From Hormiphora californensis (lineage: Eukaryota > Animalia > Ctenophora): a stretch of DNA of 64,000 nucleotides. Positions 1 to 64,000 of this stretch are shown in pieces; position 1 is the stretch's first letter; each line of letters starts with the position of its first letter. The stretch is from NCBI GenBank assembly GCA_020137815.1, contig CM035350.1:5766001-5830000 (forward strand), in the 5' to 3' direction. The notes under the pieces are model-generated. The model was not told the origin of the DNA. It ran no database searches and worked only from the letters and a program-made list of their open reading frames with translations. The position numbers and the translations under genes were made by a program.

Positions 1-93
1 ATGTTTCCATGGTAACTGTAACCATAGTAATGTTTCCATGGTAACGAGAACTGTAACTATGGTAACAGCCGAGATAATGAGATGGAAACTTAC

Positions 94-63960
<63,867 letters not shown>

Positions 63961-64000
63961 GGTAACGCCATGACTCCCAATCCTCCTCCTCTTACACTGA

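Overview
Eukaryotic (animal) genomic DNA, probably a ctenophore such as Pleurobrachia. That assignment is inferred only from a recognisable 93-bp interspersed repeat and CATGGTAAC-rich introns. The whole window lies inside one giant minus-strand, multi-exon spectraplakin-like gene: CH1-CH2 actin-binding domain at ~60.6-63.9 kb, plakin domain with SH3 at ~55-58 kb, then spectrin repeats running off the left end. Its introns contain a CR1/L2-type LINE, an antisense intronless class-A GPCR, a same-strand intronless PIM-like kinase, several MITE/foldback elements and a nested foldback > Helitron > Penelope(+hammerhead) composite. The most striking unexplained structure is in the 44.4-51.5 kb intron. 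Three long, unrelated, RRxS-rich single-exon ORFs each end in the same F-x-G-[VY]-N-x6-H-[LV] motif directly at a phase-0 GT donor. This is an array of mutually exclusive variable first exons that would splice onto one constant spectrin-rod exon. Further candidate alternative exon sets occur at 9.2-12.2, 22.7-24.4 and 61.3-61.6 kb. Exon models were read by eye from GT-AG sites and phase continuity and have no transcript support.
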